The position numbers were made by a program, and so were the translations under genes. Of a DNA stretch of 64,000 bases, positions 20,225 to 30,373 are shown piece after piece. The notes under the pieces are model-generated. The model searched no databases. It saw only the letters and a program-made list of their open reading frames with translations, and was not told the DNA's origin. Source of the stretch: an uncultured Alphaproteobacteria bacterium (GTDB lineage: Bacteria; Pseudomonadota; Alphaproteobacteria; RF32; CAG-239); contig CALXTR010000002.1 in assembly GCA_944391475.1 (NCBI GenBank), forward strand, positions 67,814 through 131,813, written 5' to 3'. The stretch's first letter is position 1; each line of letters opens with the position of its first letter.

Positions 20225-21253
20225 ATGGTAAAAAAAATGATACTGAAACAGTTATTATTTGCAGGTGCATTGCTATTGGCTATGCCTGCAGCCGCAGCTC
20301 CTGCTGAAGGGCTCCGTTTTATCAAGTCAGACGGGGTTATTCGTTGCGGAACCGATCTCACCACAAATACTTACAGTAAAAAAACTGAAGATGGTCACTG
20401 GGAAGGAATTGATCCGACACTGTGCAGTATTTTTGCTACGGCAATTTTTGGCAACCCCAATAATTTTGAGATGGTTAATGTTCCTGCCGGACAAGCTGAT
20501 TCGTATTTGGCAACACAAAAAATTGATGTGATGCTTGGAAACTCTTACAGTACTGCCAGCGCAGAGCTCACCGGCAACGCTCTTCCGGCGGCAACGATTT
20601 ATCATGACCGTTTGGTCTTTTTAGCAAAAGCTAGCGAGAAACCAAGCTCTATGGAAGATTTTCAAAACCAAAATGTTTGTATGACCACTCGCTCTCCGGA
20701 TATGGAAAACTTTGAACAATATATGCGTGACTATGGTCTAAAATTCCAAATTTTAAAGTTTGCTAATTTTGCCAGCGCAAAAGCATCTTTTCTGCTAAAT
20801 CGTTGTCAGCTTTTGGTGGGACAGGAAACTATATTGGCCGATTTGAAAAACCAGTATCCACACCGAAATGATATTATGCTATTACCTGAAGAAATTGATG
20901 TACAGCCGGTATATGTACTGGTTGCCAAGCAGAATCCTAATCTGCAAGCAATTATCAAGTGGATTGTAAATGCCCTCATTTTGGCGGAGGAAGCAGACAT
21001 AAACTCTAAGAATGCGGCCATTTTAACCGGCGATAATAATCTTTCTTTGCGCAATTTACTTGGCTCAAATCCTGATATTTGGAAAAAGCTAGATTTGCAA
21101 CCAGACTGGGTCAAAAAAGCAATCAAACTCTATGGCAACTATGGTGAAATTTTTGAAAAAAATCTGGGAAGTTCTTCTGAGCTCAAACTACAGCGTGGCC
21201 GCAGTCGATTAATCAAAGACGGCGGAATGCTTAAATCGCAATCTTTTTTATAG
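20225..21253 (+). CDS. Amino-acid ABC transporter substrate-binding protein (family 3, AapJ-like), orphan
   Basis: Signal peptide. C-terminal LYGNYGEIFEKNLGSSSELKLQRG closely resembles the general L-amino-acid binding protein AapJ. No permease or ATPase genes adjacent. Confidence 0.7.
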   Translation: MVKKMILKQLLFAGALLLAMPAAAAPAEGLRFIKSDGVIRCGTDLTTNTYSKKTEDGHWEGIDPTLCSIFATAIFGNPNNFEMVNVPAGQADSYLATQKIDVMLGNSYSTASAELTGNALPAATIYHDRLVFLAKASEKPSSMEDFQNQNVCMTTRSPDMENFEQYMRDYGLKFQILKFANFASAKASFLLNRCQLLVGQETILADLKNQYPHRNDIMLLPEEIDVQPVYVLVAKQNPNLQAIIKWIVNALILAEEADINSKNAAILTGDNNLSLRNLLGSNPDIWKKLDLQPDWVKKAIKLYGNYGEIFEKNLGSSSELKLQRGRSRLIKDGGMLKSQSFL

Positions 21254-21935
21254 TTTTATGATTGATAAATGAGGCGGCCTGAACCAGTCCATCTTCCGTT
21301 ACTCGGTGTTGGCCTCCGGGAACAACATATGTCTGGACGTTGCAACCAATGGTTTGCAAATGGCGCATGGTGAACATCTGCGACTCGGGGCGAACTAAAT
21401 TGTCTTCATCACCATGAACCAATAAAACATCTGGTTTGCTTTTGGCATGTTTTAAGAGATAGCTGTGCGGGGTAATAATTCCGCTAAAACTTACGCAACC
21501 GCCGATTTGCTCTTCTTGCATCAGCGAGGTATAAATGGCGACCATGGCACCTTGCGAAAAACCGCACAGATACAAATCCTGATAGCCAAGACCGTAGTCT
21601 GAAAGACGTTCTTCCAAATAAGGATTCAAATAAGAAAAAGCTTCGGCTAAGCCCAAACCCATGCGATTGTATATAGAAGCACATTCCTCCATGGTCGGAA
21701 CATATTTGCGGGCATCATCAGGGTCAAAGCGGTGCATTGAATACCACTGGCGCTTGTTTTCCAAGATTTCGCATACTTCTGGAGCTTGGGGAATATGGAT
21801 TGCCGAATCGTCGAGATTGTCCAACAGAGGCTGTAAGCGCCGATCCAAGGCTGGGGCGCTGTCAATATACCCATGCAGAAAAACCACTAGTTTCTGTGGG
21901 TGGCCGTTAACATGAACTATTTCTTCGCTAATCAT
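21231..21935 (-). CDS. Phospholipase/carboxylesterase-family alpha/beta hydrolase
   Basis: GFSQGA (GxSxG) nucleophile elbow with a downstream HG..D. 234 aa. Confidence 0.7.
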   Translation of the reverse strand: MISEEIVHVNGHPQKLVVFLHGYIDSAPALDRRLQPLLDNLDDSAIHIPQAPEVCEILENKRQWYSMHRFDPDDARKYVPTMEECASIYNRMGLGLAEAFSYLNPYLEERLSDYGLGYQDLYLCGFSQGAMVAIYTSLMQEEQIGGCVSFSGIITPHSYLLKHAKSKPDVLLVHGDEDNLVRPESQMFTMRHLQTIGCNVQTYVVPGGQHRVTEDGLVQAASFINHKTIKKIAI

Positions 21936-22055
21936 CGAAAAGTTCCTTACAATTGGACGGCATTAATATAATCGGCATTTATTAATGATAGCTTAATTTT
22001 AAAAATTTTAATTATCTCCATGGGGGAGGTTTCCCTCCCCTGTGGAATTACACAA

Positions 22056-22250
22056 TTATACTTCTGGATATTTGGCTTTGATATCTTGCCATTTTTCAAT
22101 AACATCTATCAGCTCGTAAGGCAAATCTCCACCGCTTTGCAAAACCATATCAAATGCTTTCAATATGGCATCTAACTGGTCACCAATCGGCAATTTTTGG
22201 GCATAAGCTCGTGCTCGTTTTTCTTGGTAAGTCATTTTTCTGCGTGGCAT
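22056..22250 (-). CDS. Hypothetical protein (phage module, distal end)
   Basis: 64-aa ORF terminating the leftward operon. A GGGGAGG/CCTCCCC hairpin (22024-22040) lies just downstream. Confidence 0.35.
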   Translation of the reverse strand: MPRRKMTYQEKRARAYAQKLPIGDQLDAILKAFDMVLQSGGDLPYELIDVIEKWQDIKAKYPEV

Positions 22251-22260
22251 TTTCTTCTCC

Positions 22261-22629
22261 TTATTTGATTACTTTGCTTGGATCGGACAAGATGTCAAAG
22301 CCTTGCAAATACATTTTGGAGCGATAGTCCCTATCAATCTGCTTGACCTTACTTTTATATTTTTCGGTTTCAAATCGAATATCATCGTAGGCCTCATCAA
22401 TATCACGCCCCTGAACGGCTAAAGCCGAGCCACTGGATGCAATGCCGGAGGCTCCAAGTTTGGCTCGGCGACTGGCCAACTGCTTTTCCAGCAAGTTCTT
22501 GCGGTTTTGTGTGGTTTGAGCATAGTTTTGATACAAATTATGCTTTTGTTGTTTGACATTGCGGCGCTCATCTAGCAAGTTAATGGTTTTACTGCCAATA
22601 CTACTCACCGCACTGGTTATATCTCCCAT
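22261..22629 (-). CDS. Hypothetical phage protein (possible virion/internal protein)
   Basis: 122-aa ORF tightly packed after the tail tubular B gene. Confidence 0.4.
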   Translation of the reverse strand: MGDITSAVSSIGSKTINLLDERRNVKQQKHNLYQNYAQTTQNRKNLLEKQLASRRAKLGASGIASSGSALAVQGRDIDEAYDDIRFETEKYKSKVKQIDRDYRSKMYLQGFDILSDPSKVIK

Positions 22630-22639
22630 ATTATTCTCC

Positions 22640-24541
22640 TTATGATTTGACTTTTACTTCCAAAACTGCAGATAGCAGTGTGAATGGTACCGGAACGGAA
22701 CTTTTGATACTCCATATCGGGCGCTCCATATCTTTGACCCAACCTACAGAACGCAACTCAACATCACCGTTATAGGTATTGGCCGGGGCATCTAGAATTT
22801 GGTCGCGATACATTTTTTTGAGCGGAACTTCAAAATAGCCACCACCAATATTAATCTGAAATGAGCGGCTACGAATAATCCGAAATAATCCCTGAATAAC
22901 CCGCAGAGCTTTGGGCGGCCATGGTCGCGCACTCTCTTGCATAAAGGGCAATGGTTCAATGATATGTTCGTAAGGAAAGCCAATGATAATTTCTGAAGCG
23001 GCCTCTTCCAAATTGAGTTCCGAATTTTCAATCGGGAACAGACCTATGGTGAAATCGTCTGCAACGACCGAGACTTCTTTACCATTAAAAATCTCTAATC
23101 CTTCCCAATGTTTTTGCGGTGTTTCGGCGGTTAGTTTAAGGCTGCAATCAACCCACCAATTGTCCTCCATCTTTTCAATGAACCAACCATTATCCCGCTC
23201 TACACAAAAATATATATCATCTCCAATAGCGGCAACTGAACGAAAGTTTCCGTCCGTTTTAAGTTTGCTCCAGGCGGTTACCTGCTCAGTGCGGTAAGTG
23301 GTCAGGCATGAAACACTTCCGTCTTCTAAAACCACATACAACACGTTATCGTCGGGGTGAAAAGTACAATCCCTTGGATTTTTGATAATTTCGCTCGCTA
23401 ACAAAGTTAAATCTTTGGCCTGATATGCCTGCTCGACATCGGCAAACAAAAACTCTCTTATCTGCCGACCGCTTGATGATACAAACAAAGTTGCACCATC
23501 CACATTTTGGGGCGGAACATTGCAACCTGTATACATACCAACTTTGGTTTGTCTTGTGAGTTGAATGCTTTCCGGTGTCAATGGTTGTCCTGTCACCATC
23601 CATTCAGCGCCGGTTGTAAACACCAGCAAGTGTCGGGCTGAAACAACCGATTTAATCGCATTGACCTGGTCGGACAAAATGGCAAACTCTATTGACTCGT
23701 CATCTAATCCTTCCCCTAAGTCAAAGTTAAACAAGTCAGAAGATTTTGACAGCCACAAGCGATTGGGCAAACTCCTAGAGCCGCCAATCACCATGCGGTC
23801 TTGGTGAAACGTGACAGAATTGGGCCAACCTCGACGCACCGAAAATGAACTCTCCTCCCAGTCAGTCGTAATATTAGCATTACTCAAATTTTTGCTGACT
23901 TTAGCTTTTAATTCTCTTTGGCTAACAAAACTCGTAACCTCAACCTCGCCTTCATTTATCCGAATCCTACTCCCCACATATTCGGCCGAAAAAATATCAT
24001 TATCTGCAGTTAAGCTTATCTCTCCGCTGGTGCCGCTTGGTTTTAGGTTTTCCTTATGCTGGAAGAAATTGTAATATGGGCAATAAACTTTTCCTTCCTC
24101 TCTATAATACTCCCAATCTTCCACCTTCCAGACGTCGCCGTCATAGCGGCTGATTTGTTTAGGGGCAACATCAGGATGCACCACCAACAATGTATCAGCA
24201 CTTTGCGTCCAATTGATTGTATCTAATTGCGCCAAACTCCATGGCGTATCTAACTCGGATATAAACTGATTATCTCGATATATCCTTAGTTTCTTATTTA
24301 AAAAGCACAGCAGATAAGTTTGCTCGGTATTGAACTCAAAAGGCAATAATCTAGCCGCGCCGCTTAGCTTATCTATATATCTTAAACCACGGCGGCGGGA
24401 GATACCACCGGTGGGGTGAATAATCACATTTTCGAGCGTGCGAGCGCCATTTTCAAAAATGCCCAAATCACCCCGCCCATAAATCAGCGGTGAAACCTGT
24501 CCGGCGGTGAAGTTGGTTTTAACAGAAACATTATTACTCAT
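22640..24541 (-). CDS. Tail tubular protein B-like (T7 gp12-like nozzle protein)
   Basis: Position directly after the gp11-like gene with an ATGA overlap. N-terminus VKTNFTAGQVSPL...GGISRRRGLRY parallels the T7 gp12 N-terminus (IKNLKGGISQQPD...). 633 aa. Confidence 0.5.
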   Translation of the reverse strand: MSNNVSVKTNFTAGQVSPLIYGRGDLGIFENGARTLENVIIHPTGGISRRRGLRYIDKLSGAARLLPFEFNTEQTYLLCFLNKKLRIYRDNQFISELDTPWSLAQLDTINWTQSADTLLVVHPDVAPKQISRYDGDVWKVEDWEYYREEGKVYCPYYNFFQHKENLKPSGTSGEISLTADNDIFSAEYVGSRIRINEGEVEVTSFVSQRELKAKVSKNLSNANITTDWEESSFSVRRGWPNSVTFHQDRMVIGGSRSLPNRLWLSKSSDLFNFDLGEGLDDESIEFAILSDQVNAIKSVVSARHLLVFTTGAEWMVTGQPLTPESIQLTRQTKVGMYTGCNVPPQNVDGATLFVSSSGRQIREFLFADVEQAYQAKDLTLLASEIIKNPRDCTFHPDDNVLYVVLEDGSVSCLTTYRTEQVTAWSKLKTDGNFRSVAAIGDDIYFCVERDNGWFIEKMEDNWWVDCSLKLTAETPQKHWEGLEIFNGKEVSVVADDFTIGLFPIENSELNLEEAASEIIIGFPYEHIIEPLPFMQESARPWPPKALRVIQGLFRIIRSRSFQINIGGGYFEVPLKKMYRDQILDAPANTYNGDVELRSVGWVKDMERPIWSIKSSVPVPFTLLSAVLEVKVKS

Positions 24542-25107
24542 TGGCGGGCCTCAATTAAGCTAAAATCTTCAAACTTGAGCGGAGTACCCTGCTGGGCATC
24601 GATAAGTCGGGCTTGTTTTAATATATCTTCGGCTTTCTTTTGCAAAAACTCAGCGCGTGATGTGCTCTCAGTTAATGGCAGGCAAAATTCGGCGGCCAAA
24701 GCTGCCACCAGCGCCTCACTAAAAAAGGTCGGGAAGATACTTTCGTTTACCCGATAGATATAAGTAATAATCAGCTCCTCGCTATCGGTATAAATTTTAT
24801 TTTCATATACCCTATACTCAGCCCCTCGCCCTTTGCTACCACTACCAGCAGAAATTATCCGCAAAAAATCAGAGGGAAGCTGAAATGCATACTTGAAATC
24901 GGCCACCGGTGTTAAGTCTAATCTGCCTAGTCGCTTTTGGGCGATGGCAAAGCTCCAAGGATATGATGAAAGCAGACTATCCTTCACCAAGGGATATAAA
25001 TTGGCCGAGACTTCCGATTCAGCAGTGCCGTCCTCAAATGAGGTGATGGTTTGTGCCCCGATTTTTAACAAAGCCTTGGAGCATAGGCTTACATCGGTAT
25101 AACTCAT
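24538..25107 (-). CDS. Tail tubular protein A-like (T7 gp11-like adaptor)
   Basis: 189 aa, close to the 196 aa of T7 gp11. N-terminal pattern CSKALLKIGAQTITSFEDGTAESEVSANLY parallels gp11 ([23 protein letters not shown]..). Synteny between the capsid and gp12-like genes. Confidence 0.5.
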   Translation of the reverse strand: MSYTDVSLCSKALLKIGAQTITSFEDGTAESEVSANLYPLVKDSLLSSYPWSFAIAQKRLGRLDLTPVADFKYAFQLPSDFLRIISAGSGSKGRGAEYRVYENKIYTDSEELIITYIYRVNESIFPTFFSEALVAALAAEFCLPLTESTSRAEFLQKKAEDILKQARLIDAQQGTPLKFEDFSLIEARQ

Positions 25108-25211
25108 TTTTTTCTCCTTACTTAAAAATAACCGGGAAGTTTTTTTACAAACTTCCCGGCGTCACATGGCTTAAAGTGTTTTTATTTTAAATTTATCAGG
25201 ATATTTGTTGC

Positions 25212-25469
25212 TTAGGCCGCAGATGAGCCAACCTCACCAACGCTTACGACGCCATCGGCAATGTTGCTTACATACAAAATTGCCGCACCAATGGTGCCGG
25301 AAGTTTCGGTTGTGGCCATAATCATATCACCTTTGCGGATAAAGGGAGCGGCTTCGTCAAAGTAGTTGCTCCCTTTAATGGTGCTCAATGTATCTGCGGT
25401 TTGGTAGTTCCAGATGGTAAAGCCGTTAGCATAGGCCATTACACTGAAATTTTTGCTATCGTATGCCAT
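25212..25469 (-). CDS. Hypothetical small phage protein (capsid-associated?)
   Basis: 85-aa ORF immediately downstream of the capsid gene, followed by a strong hairpin. Confidence 0.4.
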   Translation of the reverse strand: MAYDSKNFSVMAYANGFTIWNYQTADTLSTIKGSNYFDEAAPFIRKGDMIMATTETSGTIGAAILYVSNIADGVVSVGEVGSSAA

Positions 25470-25489
25470 TTGTTTATCCTTTCATTTGC

Positions 25490-26338
25490 TTACTTAGTTA
25501 CAGAAGATGCTTCTTTGCACTTGATGCGAACAATGCCGCTATCATCAATCAAACAAGCGCCTTGGCTCATCATATTGTTGACAAAGTGTGCGGCATGGTC
25601 ACCGTGCCAGCTGATGTCGCATTTGACATCTTGGCCGGAGGCATGTCCAATGGCGGTTTTGTGGAAAATAAAGCAATTGCGCTCATCGTTTGAGCTACCA
25701 CCCAAAGGCAAACCTGTATGCATAATCCAGTTAATGCCCAACCATTTGCGGCTTTCAGTACCTTTTAAGAACGGCAGATTATCGCCGGCATAGTCCGAAT
25801 TGGAAAACTCGGCAATGTTCAACAAAGCATTCCATTGATGCGGACCGACCAAGCCAAAGCGTTGTCCGTCATCGGGCACATCGTTCTCATTTAATTTGGC
25901 AAAAGCATCCAAAATATCTTTTCTGCTGAGCGGTGTGCTATAATCGCCAACATCATTAGTTGAGGAGGCCTGATTCAAGGCATTGATAATCAGCTCATCG
26001 GTTTTGCGGCCCAAAGCATATGCTCCGGCATTGGCAATCACGCGGCGTTCGTCAATGCTCAATTTGAGTTCGTCTAAAGCATCGACCCAATCGCCGGCAT
26101 AATAATCGCGCAATTCGCATTCGACCGGGCTATGGTCAAGGCTCATTACCGGAACCAAGCCATGGCGAGCTTTAACCGAAGCACTGCCCTTGCCGACTTT
26201 TTGGAACACGGTGCTCGAACCTTTGACATTGTTCTTATAGCGAACGGTATTTTTGAGTTTGGAACCATTTTGTTGGTAGGCCAAGTGAACATCAGCTTCA
26301 AACTGTTTGATAAAAGCTTCACTTACTTGTGTAGACAT
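25490..26338 (-). CDS. Major capsid protein (T7 gp10-like)
   Basis: 282 aa. Position after the scaffold-like gene. Sequence resembles podovirus capsid organisation (F.QK.G..V N-terminal region). Confidence 0.6.
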   Translation of the reverse strand: MSTQVSEAFIKQFEADVHLAYQQNGSKLKNTVRYKNNVKGSSTVFQKVGKGSASVKARHGLVPVMSLDHSPVECELRDYYAGDWVDALDELKLSIDERRVIANAGAYALGRKTDELIINALNQASSTNDVGDYSTPLSRKDILDAFAKLNENDVPDDGQRFGLVGPHQWNALLNIAEFSNSDYAGDNLPFLKGTESRKWLGINWIMHTGLPLGGSSNDERNCFIFHKTAIGHASGQDVKCDISWHGDHAAHFVNNMMSQGACLIDDSGIVRIKCKEASSVTK

Positions 26339-26384
26339 TAGTTTTTCTCCATTGTTAAAATTGAATTTTTACAAAAAAAGAAGC

Positions 26385-27071
26385 TTATTTTTCAGGATAA
26401 AGCTTCTCAAATCCTTTGGTGATTTTGGCCACGTATGTCGGGTCTTTATCACGCCAATAGCGCGGGTCTTCCATCATCTTGCGCAGCGAGGCATCGCTTA
26501 GCTCCTCGGTCATCCTTCCTTCCCTACTCATCATCGGCTCGTTGCTTGACATCAACTGATACAAAGCAATCACGCCTTCAGCCGTGGTAGCCAAAGCGTC
26601 ATAAACATTTTTGTTTAGGTTCTGGCTGGCCCAAGTGGAAATTTGGCGCGAAATCTCATTAAACCGCTCGGCACTGCCAAAATGACGGATAAGCTTTTCA
26701 ATTTGTCTCTGTGCCTCAAAGTTAACGGTTAATTCGCTTAAGACCGGAATGACGCGCTCATTAGCCAAGTCATACACCAATTGCGCTTGGTCGTTGGTGA
26801 AGTGTTTATCATACATACGGCGCAAGACTTCATCGTCGCGTTCCAAATACGGGCTCGGAATTTTCAAGTCATACTTATCGTAACTTTCGGGAACTCCACG
26901 CAAATTGGTTTCGACCAAGTTGTCATCGCGGGCGGCCATATTATTAAAGTCGGCAATCAGGCTTTCCAATCTGACTTCGCCGCGTTTTTCGTCCCAATAT
27001 TTATCGGGAAGTCCTTGCGGTTTGCCACGAGAATCGGAAGTGGCTGATTGTGTTAACAAGTTTTCACTCAT
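26385..27071 (-). CDS. Putative scaffolding protein
   Basis: 228-aa acidic, helix-rich protein between portal and capsid, as gp9 is in T7. Confidence 0.35.
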   Translation of the reverse strand: MSENLLTQSATSDSRGKPQGLPDKYWDEKRGEVRLESLIADFNNMAARDDNLVETNLRGVPESYDKYDLKIPSPYLERDDEVLRRMYDKHFTNDQAQLVYDLANERVIPVLSELTVNFEAQRQIEKLIRHFGSAERFNEISRQISTWASQNLNKNVYDALATTAEGVIALYQLMSSNEPMMSREGRMTEELSDASLRKMMEDPRYWRDKDPTYVAKITKGFEKLYPEK

Positions 27072-27133
27072 ATTTATATCCTTTCAGATTATTAATTATA
27101 AATAAAACCGTGGTAAAATCTTACCACGGCGCA

Positions 27134-27358
27134 TTAGGAAACATCTGCAAGCGATTTGATATAACATACCAAATGCCGTTGTCCTTCCAAGTGGCGTAGC
27201 TGCTCGGAAGTGCTTTCCGGCCCCAAATATCGCTCGAGTGTTATCCTTTCTAAAAAAGAGAGAACAATTTGTCCTTCTCTGGTTAAAAAACACTTGGCAA
27301 AGGCCTGCCTGATTTCGGCATCGTCCATGTGCGAAGTGTTAGGCTTGCTTGATAACAT
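27134..27358 (-). CDS. Hypothetical small phage protein
   Basis: 74-aa ORF overlapping the portal gene end by 20 nt. Followed by a hairpin terminator. Confidence 0.3.
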   Translation of the reverse strand: MLSSKPNTSHMDDAEIRQAFAKCFLTREGQIVLSFLERITLERYLGPESTSEQLRHLEGQRHLVCYIKSLADVS

Positions 27359-28874
27359 CTTCTGGTGTCACCTCCTCTGTCGGAGCCAATGGCAGATTTA
27401 TCTCCTGCATCAGATTGGCTGGCACGTTTAAGGTATTACCAAGCCACAAGGCAGCTTCTCTTGCATTTACAACACTCAATGCATCACCCCCAAGAGATGC
27501 TACCAAGCCGACCCATTCGGTCACAGTGCTCACATCTTTGCGAGCCTGAACCAAGGCTAAGGGGGATTTGTACTGCAAATCTACCACCTTGCCGTCTAGG
27601 TCAAAATTCATAATATCGCCGCGGCGGCGCAAAATGTAAAATGCACGTTTTAACAGCGGGGTTAAAAGCTCCGATTGTAATCTTCCAAAACTTGCTCCCA
27701 AGATACGCGCCATTTGTGAAGCTCGTTCCAAGACTTCGGTTGCAGTCATATTCGGAGTGCTGATTTGGGCCAAACTATCAGCCAACAGGGCATGATTAAT
27801 GCGGCTGCGCAAATCTTCCAGCACCAACTGCGAAATATCAAACTTACCTGGAGCTTCCAGCGGTGTTAGTCCTTTTGATCCCACCGCTTTGGGAATGATG
27901 GCACCCGGAACCAGCTTAATATTGGCGGGGTTTAAGATACCGTCATCATCGGCTTGCCAAATGCCGGTTACCGAAATGGAGGCATTTTTCAATATCAATT
28001 CCACCACCTTATTGGCGGTTTTGATATCGGGCAATGCTTTCATAACCGGAGAGCGGCCATAAACCTCTCCCGGAGCTTTGAGCCAACGAAAATTGATAAA
28101 CGGTGAAGTATCAAAAACACCATCTTTCAGCACAAAAGCATTTTCTGCTCCTTCGCCGGCGTCAAAAACAAAGGCAGTATATTCATACCCCAAAGCGCCA
28201 TACTTGCCGCTCCTTGGCAACACCGCCTCAATTAATTCCATTTTATAGCCCTTATCTTCTCGCGCCCGATTATAATAATTGTCGGGAATCTCGGCATTTG
28301 GGAAGCGGTGTCTAATCCCCTCAATTGAGATTTGCGAGCATCTAAAGGTGGTATCGAGCCGGCCATCGGCACTTTCTTCTAGGGCGATTTCTCTTAGCGG
28401 AACGGCATAAAACCGAAAGGCCGTGCTTTCGCCAATCGGGGCTTCTTCAAACATCAAACAAGCCGTACCGGCGGTGACCAAGTCCAGATAACACTGGTGA
28501 ATCTCGACTGCAAAATTGGAATGTTCAAAATTTTGCAGCAGCACATCGGTACTCTTTTCTAAAATCGGGCCCACCTGACTGCGTTCTTGCGCGCTCAACT
28601 CCGGCCCTGGTCTCAAACCAAACCATTTGGCCCAAGGCGGGGTCAACTCCGAAAGCAATGAGGATGCCAGCTGGTCAACCGCATCGGGAGCGGTGCCATC
28701 AAACAAATGCAAATTCTGCTTGCCGCCATAGTTATCATAATACTGCTGGGTACTGACGTTTTCGCGCTGAGGAAAAGCATAGTTATAGCACTCTTGCCAA
28801 TGCGGTTCCCAATTTTGGCGGCGTTCCACCGCTTTTTGCCAGCGGGTTACCAGTTCGCGGATTTTATCTGACAT
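27339..28874 (-). CDS. Portal (head-to-tail connector) protein, podovirus type
   Basis: 511 aa, close to the T7 gp8 size. Located between terminase and scaffold/capsid. Acidic, helical C-terminus. Confidence 0.7.
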   Translation of the reverse strand: MSDKIRELVTRWQKAVERRQNWEPHWQECYNYAFPQRENVSTQQYYDNYGGKQNLHLFDGTAPDAVDQLASSLLSELTPPWAKWFGLRPGPELSAQERSQVGPILEKSTDVLLQNFEHSNFAVEIHQCYLDLVTAGTACLMFEEAPIGESTAFRFYAVPLREIALEESADGRLDTTFRCSQISIEGIRHRFPNAEIPDNYYNRAREDKGYKMELIEAVLPRSGKYGALGYEYTAFVFDAGEGAENAFVLKDGVFDTSPFINFRWLKAPGEVYGRSPVMKALPDIKTANKVVELILKNASISVTGIWQADDDGILNPANIKLVPGAIIPKAVGSKGLTPLEAPGKFDISQLVLEDLRSRINHALLADSLAQISTPNMTATEVLERASQMARILGASFGRLQSELLTPLLKRAFYILRRRGDIMNFDLDGKVVDLQYKSPLALVQARKDVSTVTEWVGLVASLGGDALSVVNAREAALWLGNTLNVPANLMQEINLPLAPTEEVTPEDVIKQA

Positions 28875-28876
28875 AC

Positions 28877-29074
28877 CTACTCTCCCAAAAGTTTTTTGCG
28901 GTTGAGGTCTTTAGTATCCAAAAGCCCGTTGTATGAGGTCTTAATGGTGCTCTCAACCCCACGGCGCTGTCTTTCCAAAGCCTTCTGACGTTCTTCTTCG
29001 GCTAGCTTTTCGGAATTATCATTCTCAACTACTGCCGGAGCTGAAGTTTTGGGTGCTGAAAATACTCCTCCCAT
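28877..29074 (-). CDS. Hypothetical small protein
   Basis: 65-aa ORF 3 nt after the preceding gene. Gly/Ala-rich N-terminus. Confidence 0.3.
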   Translation of the reverse strand: MGGVFSAPKTSAPAVVENDNSEKLAEEERQKALERQRRGVESTIKTSYNGLLDTKDLNRKKLLGE

Positions 29075-29085
29075 ATTTGTTCTCC

Positions 29086-29619
29086 TTATAATTTATTTGT
29101 ATTGACCAATTTGTTTAAAATTCCGCCCTTGGTGGCTGAGGTTTTGACCTCGCCGGTGCGGACAACCGAAATTCCCAATACGCCCAAGGCAATGCCCCAA
29201 AGCGAAGTGGTTTCGACTAATGCCATAATAATTTCGGGTGCTCGCGGATTGTCGCTCACAATCACATAGCAGAGCGTGAACATACACAACAGCCACGACA
29301 CAGCGACCGAATAGCCAAAGGCCGGACGCCAAAACCGAACAAAGCGGTCTTGCGAGTTGAGCTCGTTTCTCATGGTATCGTGGATTAGTTTTAAGGTGGA
29401 AGAATCTAAACTATTTTCCAGTTCTTGCGATTTTTCCAAATGCCGGTTGGCCTCTTTGAGTTCTTCTAGCGAAATTTGCTCCTTACTGATGGCATTATCG
29501 ACATCGCTTAATGCTGAAACGGCTTTTTTGGCAAAGTCGTTATTGATACTCCCTAAAGACGAACTCACAAATTTGACCAATATCGGCAGACCGATTTTTC
29601 CTAAAATTCGGGTTAACAT
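29086..29619 (-). CDS. Lysis-associated membrane protein (holin or spanin-like)
   Basis: 177 aa with an N-terminal coiled-coil-like region and two C-terminal TM helices. Adjacent to the endolysin. Confidence 0.35.
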   Translation of the reverse strand: MLTRILGKIGLPILVKFVSSSLGSINNDFAKKAVSALSDVDNAISKEQISLEELKEANRHLEKSQELENSLDSSTLKLIHDTMRNELNSQDRFVRFWRPAFGYSVAVSWLLCMFTLCYVIVSDNPRAPEIIMALVETTSLWGIALGVLGISVVRTGEVKTSATKGGILNKLVNTNKL

Positions 29620-29628
29620 TTTTTCTCC

Positions 29629-30048
29629 TTATTTCTCAATGTCATTATAAAAAACATGGCTGCCAAGCTCGGTGCAGGGAATTTTTCCAATCGACCAAGC
29701 CGGACGTAGCTGTTTGGTATGATAGTGGGTGGCGCCGCAAGTATTGTCTTCTAGTAAACCGGCGCGCGCTCTTAGTGCTATCCGTTTACAAATGGCAAAA
29801 TTTAAATCATGTTCCAAATTTTGCTCCAAAAGCTTGCGGTTGGGATCGTTTTCGTTCCAACAAGAAAACTGCCATGGTTTGTGGCAAACCTCATACACGC
29901 TGTTACCCCACCAATACCTTCCGCGCCGTTTGGAAAAAGCGACCCGATTTAAGATGACTGAGGCAACCGCTTCTTGTCCGGATAAACTTTCGCCTCTGGC
30001 CTCGCCAAAAATGGTACGTGCCATGGCTTCTACGTCTTCATCATTCAT
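29629..30048 (-). CDS. Endolysin, cell-wall hydrolase SleB family (Hydrolase_2)
   Basis: ARTIFGEARGE ... QFSCWNENDPN motifs are diagnostic of the SleB-type hydrolase domain. 139 aa. Confidence 0.85.
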   Translation of the reverse strand: MNDEDVEAMARTIFGEARGESLSGQEAVASVILNRVAFSKRRGRYWWGNSVYEVCHKPWQFSCWNENDPNRKLLEQNLEHDLNFAICKRIALRARAGLLEDNTCGATHYHTKQLRPAWSIGKIPCTELGSHVFYNDIEK

Positions 30049-30050
30049 CT

Positions 30051-30335
30051 TTACCTCCCGGTCCGATCATCAATTTTCTTTTCTATCCGCAACAGGTGTT
30101 CGGTCAGGCGGTTTTCGACATCTTTAAGATAATTGGTGGACACATAATTGCGGGCAACATGAATTTTGAATTCGCTCAAGGCCTCGCGACAGCCGGATAA
30201 TTTTTGCTCCTGCACGCCTTTTATATCATTGATACTATCTTCAAAGTGTGCGCGGTTCTTGCTTATCATCCGAAACAGGCCTAAAAAAAGGGGCACCTCT
30301 ATCATGGTGACCCAGCTAAACAATTCTCCCGTCAT
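30051..30335 (-). CDS. Putative holin (small membrane protein)
   Basis: 94 aa. N-terminal TM helix (FSWVTMIEVPLFLGLF) followed by a charged C-terminus. Immediately upstream of the endolysin with a 2-nt gap. Confidence 0.4.
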   Translation of the reverse strand: MTGELFSWVTMIEVPLFLGLFRMISKNRAHFEDSINDIKGVQEQKLSGCREALSEFKIHVARNYVSTNYLKDVENRLTEHLLRIEKKIDDRTGR

Positions 30336-30373
30336 AAATCTCTCCTTTCCTTTGATTGGTTTATTTTTCCTTT

